This document shows, one piece after another, positions 15,301 to 30,300 of a stretch of 64,000 bases of DNA (within the stretch, counting starts at the first letter, position 1; each line of letters opens with the position of its first letter). Both the position numbers and the translations under genes were made by a program. This DNA is from Phoronis australis. Its lineage: Eukaryota; Animalia; Phoronida. The notes under the pieces are model-generated. The model saw nothing but the letters and a program-made list of their open reading frames with translations. It ran no database searches and was not told the origin of the DNA. The stretch covers positions 395,067-459,066 of the forward strand of contig NMRA01000094.1 in assembly GCA_002633005.1 (NCBI GenBank). The letters run 5' to 3'.

Positions 15301-18300
15301 CATTGATGATCTTCTTTGCTTCAAAATAACACTACACTTGCATGGTCGAATTTTAAAGACAATGATAGAGCTCCCAATTTTGAGATTAAGGTTAAGGATA
15401 ATAAAAAATATGGTTATGTTATCAATGAAAACATTAATGCTAAGCATAATTCATGCTTAAAAACTACTAATTTACCACTTAACACAGTGCTAAAATTGTA
15501 ATTTGAAACTGCCCACACCAAACTATGGGTGAGTTTGGTAGACGAAAAATGGACTCTGTTACAGTAGAACCAAGTGACCATTATTTTTACTCAATAATCA
15601 GAAGCATAGTTACGTCACCTTTACTCTGTATCTCCAAGGTCATCTTGTTAATAACAAACTGCATGACCACTAGCTGTGACCTATCTAATGCTTGTCTTGG
15701 GCTCTTTTGGTCCATTCCACTTGTCAAACTGAAATAGTTGTCATTGATAAATAAAAAATTGTAAAAATTTTAACAGCAGTAGGAGGATACATCTAGAATA
15801 TAATTACCAAAACTACTTGTTTTTCACATACTCTTTACAAAAGAGCTGTGTGAATGTAACAAACTCAAATGTAGATTAAGATCGAACAGTTATCAGTCTA
15901 TAGCAACTGTGCAGTACATTGCAGTAATAATCAGATGCTATGACTTTAAATTGCCGGCATGACGCCAGAGGACTAGGGGAGCTGTATCAAACCACCATGA
16001 TGACTTATAACAATTAGTGAATCAGGAAGAGTATTTTGTTTTATTAACTTTGGCATGTACTATGGTCATATTATACTTTATTGAAACTAAACTAATCAAC
16101 AAAAAGAACGCAGCTTAGATCTGGTTATAACACAAAAAGACATGACAAACAGTAGGTAACAATACCAACATTCCAACTTAATTTATAAATACAAACGATT
16201 TGGACTGAAAATGCCTCATTCAACAAAAAGCCATCTATAGTTCTGTTAAGTCAGTAACAACTCACTTGCTGCTGCTTGGCTGCCTGTCTCGGGATGTGAA
16301 ATACATGCTTTTATTAGTCATGGCAGACTTAGTCATTGTGTCATTTGATGAGGGCTTAGGGGCGCCACCTACAGCGGGGATTAGGCACTTGGACAGGGCT
16401 GCCACCTGCAATTGAAAATAAATCCAAACGAGTGAGACAGCCAACAAGACATACTCCAAAACCACAATGCAGAGCCTGCAAGCACAGCTTTATACTAGTG
16501 ACCACAGGAGTGTGTGCAGTGGGCATATCCATTACCAATAAATTAAGCCTTAAAATGGAAATGTAACGAATACCAAAAGTGTACCTATTATGAACTTCTG
16601 CACATCATTATTTTCATGGGGTGGTCAGTATGAAATGCATCTTGTCAAAAATTAAAAAATGCTGAAACTTATTTAGTTCTGGCTTCTGCCGAAACACATT
16701 AAGAACATCATCCAATCAATTTCCCATAGTCCTCCTTTTTTATTCAACTTTTAAAACCTTTAGCCAGATAATGCAATAACAATCATTGTACTAGGTGTCA
16801 TTCATGTAGACCTGCACACATATGAAATATTTTGTGACAGGAACAGTAGTGCTGCCTTCACCTTCTGTTCGTTGACATGTAGCATGAGACAGGGAAGTGT
16901 TCCAGCCAACTTGGCACTGGGATACTGTACATCAGAAGTTGAGAGGAGACGGCGGTCATACTGAACAGACACTGTGAACTTGTCCACAATGTGCAGATGA
17001 CTGGTCCCTTTGAAGTGGGCATGGCGCCAGTTCTCACGCACACGACCTACCATGACCTGCAGGTCAGACAGGTCAAGGAGATACCTGGAGATAGAAGATG
17101 TTGGGTGGATGATAGAAGCAAACACACATGGGGCGTCTTAACGTGGATGGATCCAGTTTGATCCTAAATGGTGAGCAGTGAGGTCATGAAAAACAAAACA
17201 GCTTGCCAGTTATGTCTATATTGAGCTTCAACGGGTCAAAAATGGCCACCTCCAAAGCATGATGAAAAATGAAGTTGTACACCGAGTCAGATATAATACT
17301 TCATTCTGACCACAGTAAAGTCGTGGCAACCACGAAGTATTAAAAGAAGCATGAACTACATGTTTCAGCATTTTAATATGAATTTTTGAAAGTGAAGGTT
17401 GGTTACTGGAATCCACATATTGTTAAATAGTGCAAAGTATTTTTCTTTTTACTTTGAAAAGTAAAAATTTACTAGTTCAGTAAAACCCCCACTGTGTCAC
17501 GCCCACCCACACACGGGGGAAAACGTGACACACTGCGAGCACTGTTTTTCGTGACGTCACTGAGGCTGTACAGCATAAAGAGATAGGTCATTAGCCATGT
17601 GAGTACAAAGTCCAGTCGACAGATCAGCATGTACATACCCACAACCTTTTTCCTTTTTCTTTCCTATAATGTTGATTCACCCCAGGGCCTAGCAAGCCAG
17701 CTAGCTGTATGAAGACTATTTTCAAAATAGCCTTGGGTACCAGACTGAGTAATACTGTGTGATGAGCTCCGTTAGACTCACACATCCAGGGTAGTTCTGC
17801 TCCTCACCTCATCCCGAAACTTATATCAAGATGAAGAGCTATAATCCGGCAGGGGAGCGTGCAAATATCTGGGTGTATACGACACTCACCTTGCCCACTG
17901 AAGCTGTTTTAAGTGAAAAACAATCTAGCTTTTTATCTCATAATTCTCAGCCTTTTGTATCAAAGCAAACAGTATGCTCAACACGCGCTATTTCTTAAAA
18001 CTTTGCAAAATCTGTCGGGAGATGATGACAGCTTCGCAAGAGCAAAATTTGTTCTGAAATTCGGTTTCCTGGTATTAAAATACTAAAAACTTGTAAGGAA
18101 ATGAAGTCAGCTCTAATAATTTGTTGTGACGTATATGCAACGTTGAAGAACAGTTCGATCGCTTGTTATACATGAAAGAAAAATAACTCGTGGAACAAAA
18201 CTGGCCAATAAGGCAACAGGTGACGGAGCCGAAAGCCGACCTGAAAGAGCGCACCCAAATTTTAGCAGCAGAGTGAACAACAGAACGCCAATTTTTTCAA

Positions 18301-21300
18301 CTGCACCAGAAAATAATTTAGTTTACTCAAGAGTAATTTTTAATGACACTAATATTGTGTCAGATTTTATCTCATCAGTTTTTACCCACGTCAGTGCAAC
18401 GGCTGTATATTTAGTATACAGCTTGCACCAAGGCAAGGCTACGCAGTCGGGGCCCTTTCCTGGCCTGATGCCGAGAACAGCATCATTCCACTAATAGTCC
18501 ACACTACATGGCAGTAAACTTGTATCATGAGCTTTTGAGAGCCAAGATCGCAGACAAGTTACACATTGAGCACAGTTCTGTAGCTGAGAGGCATTCACCC
18601 AATGAGCTATAAACATACTAAGTTTAATTTATCTCATTGCCTTCACCCACGGTACTGCCTCAGTGACGTCAGACTTGCATTAGCCAATAGGAATTAACAA
18701 ATTTTGGAAAAATGCTTTTTACAAAAATGTGACAGAATAACAAAGACGTGATTTCTGATGTAGATTATTCTTAAATTAAATTACATTAACAATGCATGTT
18801 ATCGTACTTCAAGAACCATTTAAGTTACCTTATTTCATGCGTCATCACAAATATTACACCAGAACAACCAACTTTGCTATTGGTTGAAATGGGATGTGCC
18901 AGGGTCATAGTCATATTACCAATGCAACTTTCAAATGAATATAACATAACACTATCCAGCACATGCTCCAGTCAACAGGCACTATAATCAGTAGCAGCAA
19001 ACTCAGGGATCCAAAATGAGTTTGTTTAACCACTAACTTTTGCAATCCCCAGAACTACCTCTAAAATAATCTAGATCAAAAGCAATCAGAGTAAACTATA
19101 CAATATAATGACATTTTCTTTATTATTATTACCTGTCATAGAGTCGATCATACAAGTCTTTCTCAGTTATACCCTCCTCAAGTACTGCAGACAGAGACTG
19201 CTTCATGCCCACACTGTCAACTATGTCTACACCAGGCTCAGTCTCATTAGGGGGAGATGAACAGGGTGTCTCAAAGGCATCTACAAACAGAAAGCAAACC
19301 CTGACATCTCAAAGGCATCTACAGACAACAACCCCAGGGAGAGTCAAGGCATCTACAGAAAACAACCCAGGGACAGTCAAGGTATCAATAGACAGCAACC
19401 CCTGGGACAGTCGAGGCATCTACAGACAGCAACCCCTGGGACAGTCGAAGTATCAACAGACAGCAACCCCTGGGACAGTCAAGGCATCTACAGACAGCAA
19501 CCCTGGGACAGTCACGGCATCTACAGACAGCAACCCCTGGGACAGTCGAGGCATCTACAGACAACAACCCCTGGGATAGTCGAGGCATCTACAGACAGCA
19601 ACTCCTGGGACAGTCGAGGTATCAACAGACAGCTACCCCTGGACTGTCGAGGCATCTACAGACAGCAAACCCTGGGACAGTCAAGGCATCTACAGACAGC
19701 AAACCCTGGGACAATCAAGGTATCAACTTGATAATAAACTAAAACCAATAGTACAGTAATTGGCTTCCTAACCCAACTTGTAGCCTACTGTACAACCTAT
19801 ACCATAAATTTCTAAAATCATGATGCTTCACGAATAAATGATTTGATCAAACTTTAAATATTATGAAAGCTGTAATGATGTATTTTGCAAGGTGAACAAC
19901 TCATGATTTTAACAAGAGTTGACACACAGGCAAAAAAAATGTTTCTCTAAGTTGGTAAGTAGTACAATATTATTATATACAACACTTTCTTTCAAATACG
20001 AGTACATAATTATCTTATGCTGCCTTGTAATGTTCCAGGTTTTAAGACCTAGCCATAAAACATGACATTGAAAGGACAGACATAGTTAAACAGGCCAGTT
20101 GACAGTTACCTTCTGTGTCATCAGACACTGTAGTCGATGAAGCTTTGGATGGAAGGTTGCACTTGTTTTTAAGCAGGAGACGGCCAAAGTCAAACACAAC
20201 AAGAATGGAATTAGTGTCGAGAAAGTTCTCCGGGACAATAATTTTTGGAGCAGCAATGTCAAGGTCAACTGCAAACCTTTTGGCTGTTATCTGAAAAGAG
20301 TAGTCATAACATCAAGCAAGATTCCAAAAGCAATGTTGTCAGATGGCACAAAATGAATGAATATCCCTCCATATTGAATACTACAGACCCAAGACAATGA
20401 CCAACAATGAATGCCTACTCTAAGCACAAGATCACATTACTATACGCATTTCATTTATCTACTTGCTTACTATGCTCAACATGAAGTTCATTGTCAAACT
20501 TCCAAAATTTTTTCACAAAATTCAATATTCACATGTTGGATTTTAAAAGTATACCAAACCCCGTATTGGCCTATCAATAGATATTACCAATGACTGTCTC
20601 ATCCAGCTATCTAAAACCAAACAAGTCTCTGTAACGCTCATTAACCCTCAAAAGTTTGTACCAAATCTGAAAAGACCATTCAGGGTGCAACCTTCAATTT
20701 TGGTGCACCTTGTAGCTCCTTGCTAACCTTTATCAACTGTTCTCCCTCTCCATTACATGCAATTTTGCTTTTTGTGCCTCAGTAGAACATGTCACCACTG
20801 CTCGACTCCAAATCATCTGCTAATGATTTGCTTAAGAAGCTGTTTATGCAAAACAGTTAATAAATGTCCGCTGTTGAAACATTTTAAACTAGCTGCCGTA
20901 CTTTGTACTTTCACCAGTGGCTAGGTTGTTTTTTCACAGGTTGAAAATTCTACACAATAAATTTTCAACAAAGAAAAATGGCCCTTGGAATTAAATGCTA
21001 CATTCTTCTGCATTTTAAAGACATACTGAGCGATGCTGAGGTAACATTATTATTACTTTTAGAACATCTCGTTTTATACAAAATGGTGAGTGCTGAGTGC
21101 TTACATTTAATTTTGTGACAATCACAAAATTTGAGAAACGAAAAAAGATAAACTTATTGCTTCTGTGGAAATTAAATTGGCTCAATAAAATATTAATGAA
21201 TTTGACCTGCTAATGTAGCATTCAACATAACATTTACTGTGTAGCTATACAGTAGATTGACTTGAGCTCATCAGATGACTTATCTTGATTATCTAAGTAC

Positions 21301-24300
21301 CAGACTATAGAATTTGGAGATATTTGAATAGGGGAGCAGATGATGCAAAACAATTCTACAGTGTTGATCCACTGACCTCTTGACCCTCCAGGAACTGATC
21401 CAGTGTCTGGCGTAGCTCCACTTTAGTCTGTTGCTTCAGCTCCTCATAACGGTTGATGGCAGCAGCTGAACAGAAGACACAATATTACATACTAATCAAA
21501 CACATGAATCAGGGCATCCCAGGCACTACAGTTTAACACAGTCATACAATAATAAAAACATATTTATTGCAGGCGGTCTGGTATACATTGTACCAGCCGT
21601 GCTCAGGTAGATCCATCGTAATGACCACCTGGAGCCCTATATATTATATTTTATAGTTAAAACCCAACTGATGAGCTAGAGGCCTGACTTTGACAGTGTC
21701 CTTAAAGAAAGAGGACACTTCTCCCACTCAGCCACAATGCTGCCTGCAACAGATCCAACAGATATACACTATTTTTTCAATTATCACTTTCTTGTATCAC
21801 TTTGTCACACTGAAGTCAACACTTCTCTCACGAGATTCAATTATCATAAACACATAAATGTGATGTACACTAAAGGTGAGTAGGTTACCACATCACTGGT
21901 AACTAAAGTTCATAATTACACCCCATGACCAGTTACATCCCAACTGACTTTGAGGGTACACCAACTGGAACAAGAAATCCCAAGGTGCTTGTGGTTCTCT
22001 ACAGTTGTAGGAGTTTATTTGTGGAGTTAAGTATAATCTGATAGAAGCTGAGGCCTATTTGTGGACTAAAGTATAATATGATGGAAGGCGGAGCTTATTT
22101 GTGGACTAAAGGATATGCTGGAAGGCGGGGCTTATTTGTGGACTAAGTATAATATGATGGAAGCCGGAGCCTACTTGTGGACTAAAGTATAATATGATGA
22201 AAAGCAAAGCCTATTTGTGGACTAACGTATAATATGACGAAAGGAGAACCCATTTGTGGACTTAAGCACAATATGACGGAAGGCAGGGCCTATTTGTGGA
22301 CTAAAGTAAACAACCAACACTATTTCAAGGTTGCCTTTTACTCATAAATGTTGAGATAACCCTGATAGAACCAGTACAATACACTGTATTATCTTGATAA
22401 CTCTGATAGAACCAGTACAATACACTCACTGTATTATCCTGATAACCCTGACAGAACCAGTACAATATACTATATTACCCTGATAACCCTGACTGAACCA
22501 GTACAATACATGTCTGTATTATCCTGATAACCCTGATAGAACCAGTACAATACACTGTATTACCCTGATAACCCTGACAGAACCAGTACAATACACTGCG
22601 TTATCCTGATAACCCTGACAGAACCAGTACAATACATGTCTGTATTACCCTGATAACCCTGACAGAACCAGTACAATACACTGTGTTAACCTGATAACCC
22701 TGACAGAACAAGAACAGTACAAGAACATCGAAACCATCAGCAACTCAAAAAAGCTTCAGAGTTTATTGGGGTTGACCAATCTCAAAACTGCAAAAATGTA
22801 CGCATTGACTATGACTTAAGTTTCAGTCTCATTGATCACAAATTTTATGTCCATTCAGCGCAATACTGTTTTTAGAAACAAAAACCGCTTCATTAACAAA
22901 CGAGTTTAACATTGATAGCTATACAGTGGCAAAATGGCCCTTTAAAAACTCCATTCTACCTTCTTGAGATGACCATTAGTCAACTATATTTTCTAGAAAT
23001 GATATCAAGGCATTCAATCTTCAATCATTTTTAGATCGCGTTGGTTGCAGTTTTAGGTGGCTGCATCAGCGTATTAGGTGTGGAGGCATGGGAGGCAGTT
23101 GCAATTTAGATTCAGGCATGGGAGGCAGTTGCAATTTAGATTCAGGCATGGGAGGCAGTTGCAATTTAGATTCAGGCATGGGAGGCAGTTGCAATTTAGA
23201 TTCAGGCATGGGAGGCAGTTGACCCTTAGAGTAAGGCAAACAGTAATAAAACTTCAGGCAGAACACAAAAAAATTCACGCAGCAGAACATCCAAGTGGAA
23301 AAATACAGTATTTATTTATTTATTTATTATTGTGATACTTAAAATGAGGGGGGCCTCTTCAGTGATAGCACTACTTTCCAAGAGGGGGGGTGAAAGAGAT
23401 ATAAGGGGGGGTGAAATCATGGGCAACTGGGGAATCAGTAGCAACATGGGAGGGGGAGAAAGTTATGTCATATGCCCCCCATGACCTATGTCATACGGCT
23501 TCACAAAAGAAAATAAGGGTGGGGTCGAGTCGAGTCCAAATTGGCGATGGAATTTTTTACCAAAAGTGATCTCAGTAATGTCTGATTAGGCAATTTTTGG
23601 GAAACATTTTTAAAGACTGCCGAACAGAAATTTTCCCATTGTGTGACTGGTATTTCGAAGAAAAAAACAAAGTACAAACTTTTGTCAATGTACCGCCATT
23701 TCGTCACTGGCAAGCTCTCTTTCTGGTCACAAGAGGGTGATGCAAAGATTCCCATAAAGCCTGGTGAGTGCATCGGTCAGGCATGCGCACTCCCGTCAAT
23801 GGAACAAGAATTTATAGATTTTTACATGTAACCGTTAAGTGAGCTTTCACTCAATTGTCACACGCACGCACGCACGCACACACACACACACCTACACACA
23901 GACACACACACCTGTAATGTGAAGTTCATTCAACTTCTCATCATCCATGTTTGGTTTGAAGAACTCAGACAGTCTCTGCATGGCGTTGCGATTGTAGATG
24001 ATATCGAGAGGCTTCGTCTTGACAGCAAACCTGGCTCCAACAAGGGAACAACTTTTTATTCGAATTATCAATTAAAACTACATGCATCAGACATTCACTA
24101 CATATATTTTCAATGATTATTACAAAAATTACGAGTTAAGCCCATAAAGAATTAGAAAGCGTTATATCTGAGTGTACTGACAATCAATATTTATCTGATT
24201 TGAATCTAGCCTGAACAGCAGTATCATGCCAAACATGAGGGAACGCCTTCTTTTGCAGCTCTAGAACAAGCAGCACTGGTATAATACATACCTAAACCAT

Positions 24301-27300
24301 GAAAAATCAATCATGATAAATTTCAATCTAAACAAACCGTATCACTTTGATAAAGAGACAATAAGTAGCAGCCACCAATGATAAAAGTTGACACAAGTAT
24401 ACAAGGGAACATGACTGGCACTATTATTGGCATCTAGATGCAGTTGTCACTCATTGCTTCCTTGCAATTTCCCCTCCAATAACACATACCTGTAATCAGC
24501 CTTCAACCCTGGTGGGTTGATTTCACAGGTAAGTTCAAACAAAGTCTCATTGCTGGGTTCATCTGCAAATGCCCCCTCAGGTTGGAAGTAGGAGAGTGGA
24601 GAAGAGCTGGCAGCCCGCCCCACGATAGGAAACGACTTCACATGTGGCAGGAGGAGGCCCCTCTCCTAAAATGCAACCACTCACTTAACTACACAATTCA
24701 CAATGTCTACAGTAATTGACCTATCGCAAGCTCCGCCCTCTTGCGTAATGTCGATGGACAAAAAATAACTTATACCCGGCAACGTGTTGTTTGTCAGGTA
24801 AAATTGCGGCTTGGAAATAAAGGTGTGTCAATAATGTTGCATTCTAAATGGTCAGTTAATCCATCACTCGCCAAATATCAATTGGCAGTTGGCTTCCAAT
24901 ACTCTTCACAATGCTGTTAATACAAATCACAAAAGGTGACTAGAACTGAGCTCATTGTCAACATCGTTGTGTGCTGGGTTTTTTCAGCTATCTTCAAATA
25001 AGCCACTTTTGGATGCATTCAACTCTCATTGAGTAAACACTTCTCTACTGACTGACAATTGGCTTTCTGTTTCATCATATTAAGGAAAATGCGACTGACA
25101 CAAAGGAAGTTCACCACTGATGTCTGATTGCCCTGTCCGATATTTGAAACCTGGTGAAATCTCACGCCCCTTTTGCGAATGATACAACACAATCCAATTA
25201 TGTACATTCTAATATGAAATGATTAATAACAAAATACTTATAAACAAAAATAATAACTCAGACAATCTCAGAGCAGGCTGCTATCAAGCTTAACTATGCT
25301 GCAACTTGACTGTAATATGAAAGTACAAAACAAATACTTATGACCACACCTTGCTTTGAGGGGAAACAAGAACAGGGAACAGAGATCCAGCGGTGATTTT
25401 GTCTGTCAGTCGTAAACCACCAACAGCAATGCCAAACAGCATAGAACTGGATCGGGGTCGCGAGACGAATGTGATGCCGATTCTGGAACATTCTAGCTCC
25501 ATTAAGCTTTGACGCCTCCTGGTGGTAGACTTATCAGAGAGCAGCTTGAATGAGCCGCTCTGAAGAGTGAAGTGAAGCTTGGCAAAGACTGTGTCACGTT
25601 TCAACAGGGTGTTGTTCTCAACTGAGTCTTCAATCACGTCAAGGATCTCTTGCTCTGAATGAAGAAGTCAACTGTTAACTTGTGAATTATTAATGCCTCA
25701 CTCAAGAAAAAGCCCTTCAAAGGTAGAAGTCAAAGTTGAGAATTCAAACAAAATTTTTTTAGTTAATCTAAGACATCACACAGAAGTTATGCCTGATAGT
25801 GACTTAGTAAAATGTACATTAGACTTTCAGTACACACCAAAAACAATCAGAAAAATGACCCAAAATTCCCAGTCATGCGTGCAAGCGGAATTCATCATCA
25901 AAGATTCATCACGGCAGTAAAACAGTATTTTGTATGATTACGCTTGGCGTGTACTATACTAATAACGAGTCAAAATATAACGTTTTTATCAACAAGGCAT
26001 AGAACAAGAGCGGAAAGCATTACTACACAAGCGTAACAAAACCAACTTTAAATTGAGCAGTACTATGTTACCAATTTGGGCCTCGACTTCCTCAATCTTT
26101 GCTGCATCTACTGCCCTTGTGGTGCCCTCTGTTGGCAGGGTTTCACTCTGTTGACTAGAGTAGCCAGTCCAGCCAGGGAACCATCGCTGGAACAGTCCAG
26201 GTTGACTGCTCACAGGGGGTGCAGGCGGAGAGCCAGTGGACTGGGATGCAGTAGAGGTGGACGCAGGCTTGGCTGTCTGCACAGTTACCTACAGTAAACA
26301 GAGAGGAGTAGCAAGATCAAGGTGAATTTGTGAAGAGTGTTCAGCCAATAACTCAAATTAATCACTTTTACTCTCTTCAGCACCACAAAGTGTGCAAACC
26401 AATCAAAAATTACCTTTTTACATTGATTAACTCATCTTTTTCATCATCCTAATAAAAAGTCCTATCAAACCAAAATTCACCCATGACAGACTGAACATGA
26501 CGCTGCACACACTGAACATGTTACCAACAAACCAAATAGCACACTCACCCCACCATGCACTACTCACCTCCTTCCACCTGCCAGCCTTCTTCACCTGTTC
26601 CACAGCCAATTCACGCAGGATCTTGAGCTCCTCAAATGTCAACTCATCCTCGATCATGTCCACCATTGTCTGGTAAACATATCAGAGAAAGAATGTTTTA
26701 GGAACTTGAAGGAACTTCATCAGCCAAGAACCACTTCCACATTGAAACAAGGCTTGAGACAGTGTTCTCACTTACCAGACGGTAAGGCTTGAGACAGTGT
26801 TCTCATTTACCAGATGGTAAGGCTTGAGACAGTGTTCTCACTTACCAGATGGTAAGGCTTGAGACAGTGTTCTCACTTACCAGACGGTAAGGCTTGAGAC
26901 AGTGTTCTCACTTACCAGATGGTAAGGCTTGAGACAGTGTTCTCATTTACCAGACGGTAAGTCAATAAGAAATCCATGCAGACACAAAAGCTGGTGATTT
27001 TCAGAGAAAATAACAAATATAGTAAGTAGCCAATCCATGCTTTGATGCTGACTGGATTTCAGGCCACTGATGGTGGCATAGCTACTGATGTTGGCATAGC
27101 TACTCCTGGTAACATAGCTACTCCTGGTAACATAGCTACTGATGTTGTCATAGCTACTCCTGGTGACATAGCTACTCCTGGTAACATAGCTACTGATGTT
27201 GGCATAGCTACTCCTGGTAACATAGCTACTCCTGGTAACATAGCTACTGATGTTGGCATAGCTACTCCAGGTAACATAGCTACTCCTGGTAACATAGCTA

Positions 27301-30300
27301 CTGATGTTGTCATAGCTACTCCTGGTGACATAGCTATTGATGGTGGCATACCTACTCCTGGTGACATAGCTATTAATGGTGACATAGCGCTACCTGTATG
27401 TCAGTTCCAACATTACATACCTGATGGTGACATAGCTACTGATGGTGGCATAGCTACTCCTGGTGACATAACTATTGATGGTGACATAGCGCTACCTGTA
27501 TGTCAGTTCCAACATTACATACCTGTTGGTCATAGTTCAAGTAACCGTCAGTCAAGTGCTGCACATAGTTTTTCACATAACAGTTGATGTCACGGGCTCT
27601 AGTGACCAAAAATGACTTAGTGCGACGTCTGTATCTCTCTCTGATATAGTGCAGGTTAGCCAAGATTGCAAAATGCCACCACTGTTTGGCACTGAAAAAA
27701 GTGATGTGCTAAAAGATAACTCAGTCACAACTAATTCAATGACTATTTTCATGAGCACTAAACCACAATAATTGATGTTACGTCTACAATCTTAGTACAG
27801 ACAAGAAAGGAAATCATTGTTTACAAGTAAACAAAGCATGGAAATCATTGTTTACAAGTGCAAAAATTCCACTCCTGCTATCAATAATAGTCCTTCTATT
27901 CCACTCCTGCTATCAATAATAGTCCTACCATTCCACTCCCGCTATCAATATTAGTCCTTCTATTTCACTCCTGCTATCAATATTAGTCCTTCTATTCCAC
28001 TCTTACTATTAATAATAGTCCTTCTATTTCACAAACAATTTCCACTAACAAACCACTGGCAAGGCACATTCACAAGAATTATCAAGATTTTTACCATCAT
28101 CATTTTAACAAAAAATTCTGCCTTACTTGTGTTTAACTGAAGCCGTGGGGCGCCACTTTTGATACTTCTTGGCCCTGTCAAATCTGTCAAACTCCCTCAT
28201 CCATGCAACTAGACCCCTGTACTGGTGCTCACCCAGGGAGATGGGCATCTTATGAAGTTCTATGTCCAAGGATATCCTAGGGGTGTTGGGTGATCGTAGG
28301 GGTAATACCGAAGTGTTACGTTTCATCTTGGCCTGAGCACTCACAGGCTCCAGTATGTAGTCATGTTCCTAAACAGATTGCATATAGTAGTTATAATTGA
28401 ATTAAGAATGTATCAAAGAAAGAAGTAAATTATTTCAACCACTTCTATTTCAAGATTTGCAAATGCACCTTATTGTAAATATCAAATTATTTTAGTTTCA
28501 AATTTCAGCTGAAATTGTTGCAGTTTAAACGTTGCCTTCAACAAAATACTTAAAATATTATAATGAGGTGAAGTGCTTTTTCTTTTGCGATGGGAACACG
28601 CAGACCCAAATAACGTCCATTTTCTAGGTAAGCAAACACTGGCATGTAATATCATGGGACAATGGTGTAACAGGGTCAAGTGGTTCACTTCACTCTGTTA
28701 GGTCGCTAGAGTCCGCAGTAAGTAACCTGTCTCCAGCTCAAGAGCTGGGCACGCGCGTTGCCGCAGTGACTTTCTGTTTTAGGAAAATAGGCGTTTCCTG
28801 CTAAAACAGGTCACTACAGCAACAACTCATAGGCCTGGCTGGCTAATTGAACTACCCTAATTTTTCGAAAGTTCAGTAACAAAGTGTGTTTTTCACTAAT
28901 TTTTTTAGTGTTTTTGTACACTTCTGTCTTAAGTGATGAGAACGAGCACCCTGTACAGATTAGTGATGAGAACGAGCACCCTGTACAGATTAGTGATGAG
29001 AACGAGCACCGTGTACAAATTAGTGATGAGGTCGAGCACCCTGTACAAATTAGTGATAAGATTGAGCACCCTGTACAAATTATTGATGAGAACGAGCACC
29101 AGGTACAAATTAGTGTCTAGGATGTGACAGAAGTCTCATCAGTCGTTTTTATGTTTTTTCAATTGGTAAATGTGACCTTTGACATCATAAGTCTGCATGT
29201 GAAGTGTTGGCTAATATGCAAAAGTATTAACAGTAAACCCATACAACAGTAGACCCATACAACAGTAAACTCATACAACAGTAGACCCATACAACAGTAG
29301 ACCCATACAACAGTAGACCCATACAACAGTAGACCCATACAACAGTAGACCCATACAACAGTAGACCCATACAACAGTAGAATCATACAATAGTAAATCC
29401 ATACAACAGTAGAACCATACAGCAGTAGAACTACACAACAGTAGAACCATACAACAGTAGACCCATACAACAGTAGAACCATACAACAGTAAACCCATAC
29501 AACAGTAGAACCATACAACAGTAGACCCATACAAGAGTAGAACCATACAACAGTAGACTCATACAAAAGTAAAACCATACAATAGTAAATCCATACAAGA
29601 GTAAACCCATACAACAGTAGACCCATTGTCAGAATAAATATTGATTAAGTAATTAGTAAGAATAGATCCATTTTAAGTTGCCCAAAAATTTGTGCATATG
29701 TACTTTTAAATCATGGGGTCAGACTTGTTGACATGTATTTTAACGTCAAAATCTATTTTTAGATGGTGTTTACAACTTTGGGTTCTGGGGTCAAAGTACT
29801 CTAGAGATTCTAGAATATTCTGAGAACAAATTGTAACAGCCAATAATACGAGTGGATATGATCATGTGGTTTTTATTAGCCAATCACTAAATAAGTAGAA
29901 TGTTATATTATGGGCTGAAATCAGCAAGATAATCAGATGCGCTAAAGTAGTTGAAGCATAAAGACTTGCTACAGTGTACAGAAGCAGTTGTACGACAGAG
30001 CCATCTCGTGGAAGATTCTAGAAAGGATCTTGGCAAGGGCAAGGGTTAACGAACCGGAAGTTAACTAAGAGCTTGTCACTTGCATCGTGGGTAGTAAGAT
30101 ACTACCTAAAGTGTTGCGTCATCAGCCAGAGACTGTGACCAGCAAGAAGATTCGCGGGTAGAAGAAATTGCCTGCAAGTGTTGCATCACCAGAGACACTG
30201 TCGCTATACAGTGCATGTAGTTCGAAGATTCACCAACAGAACAGACATCCAATAAGTGGAGAGTCCTAGCTTGGATAGCAGATAAGACATTTGATCGTTT

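Noticed and set aside
23066-23335. Repetitive ORFs ([10 protein letters not shown] / [10 protein letters not shown])
   Set aside because: 30-bp tandem repeat in an intron; no splice or phase support.
27042-27587. 181-aa ORF with IATPGN repeats (antifreeze/ice-binding-like appearance)
   Set aside because: It is the translation of an 18-bp intronic minisatellite antisense to VPS13D, overlapping an exon.
28884-29626. Repetitive ORFs ([10 protein letters not shown]; [16 protein letters not shown])
   Set aside because: Translations of 30-bp and 16-bp minisatellites.
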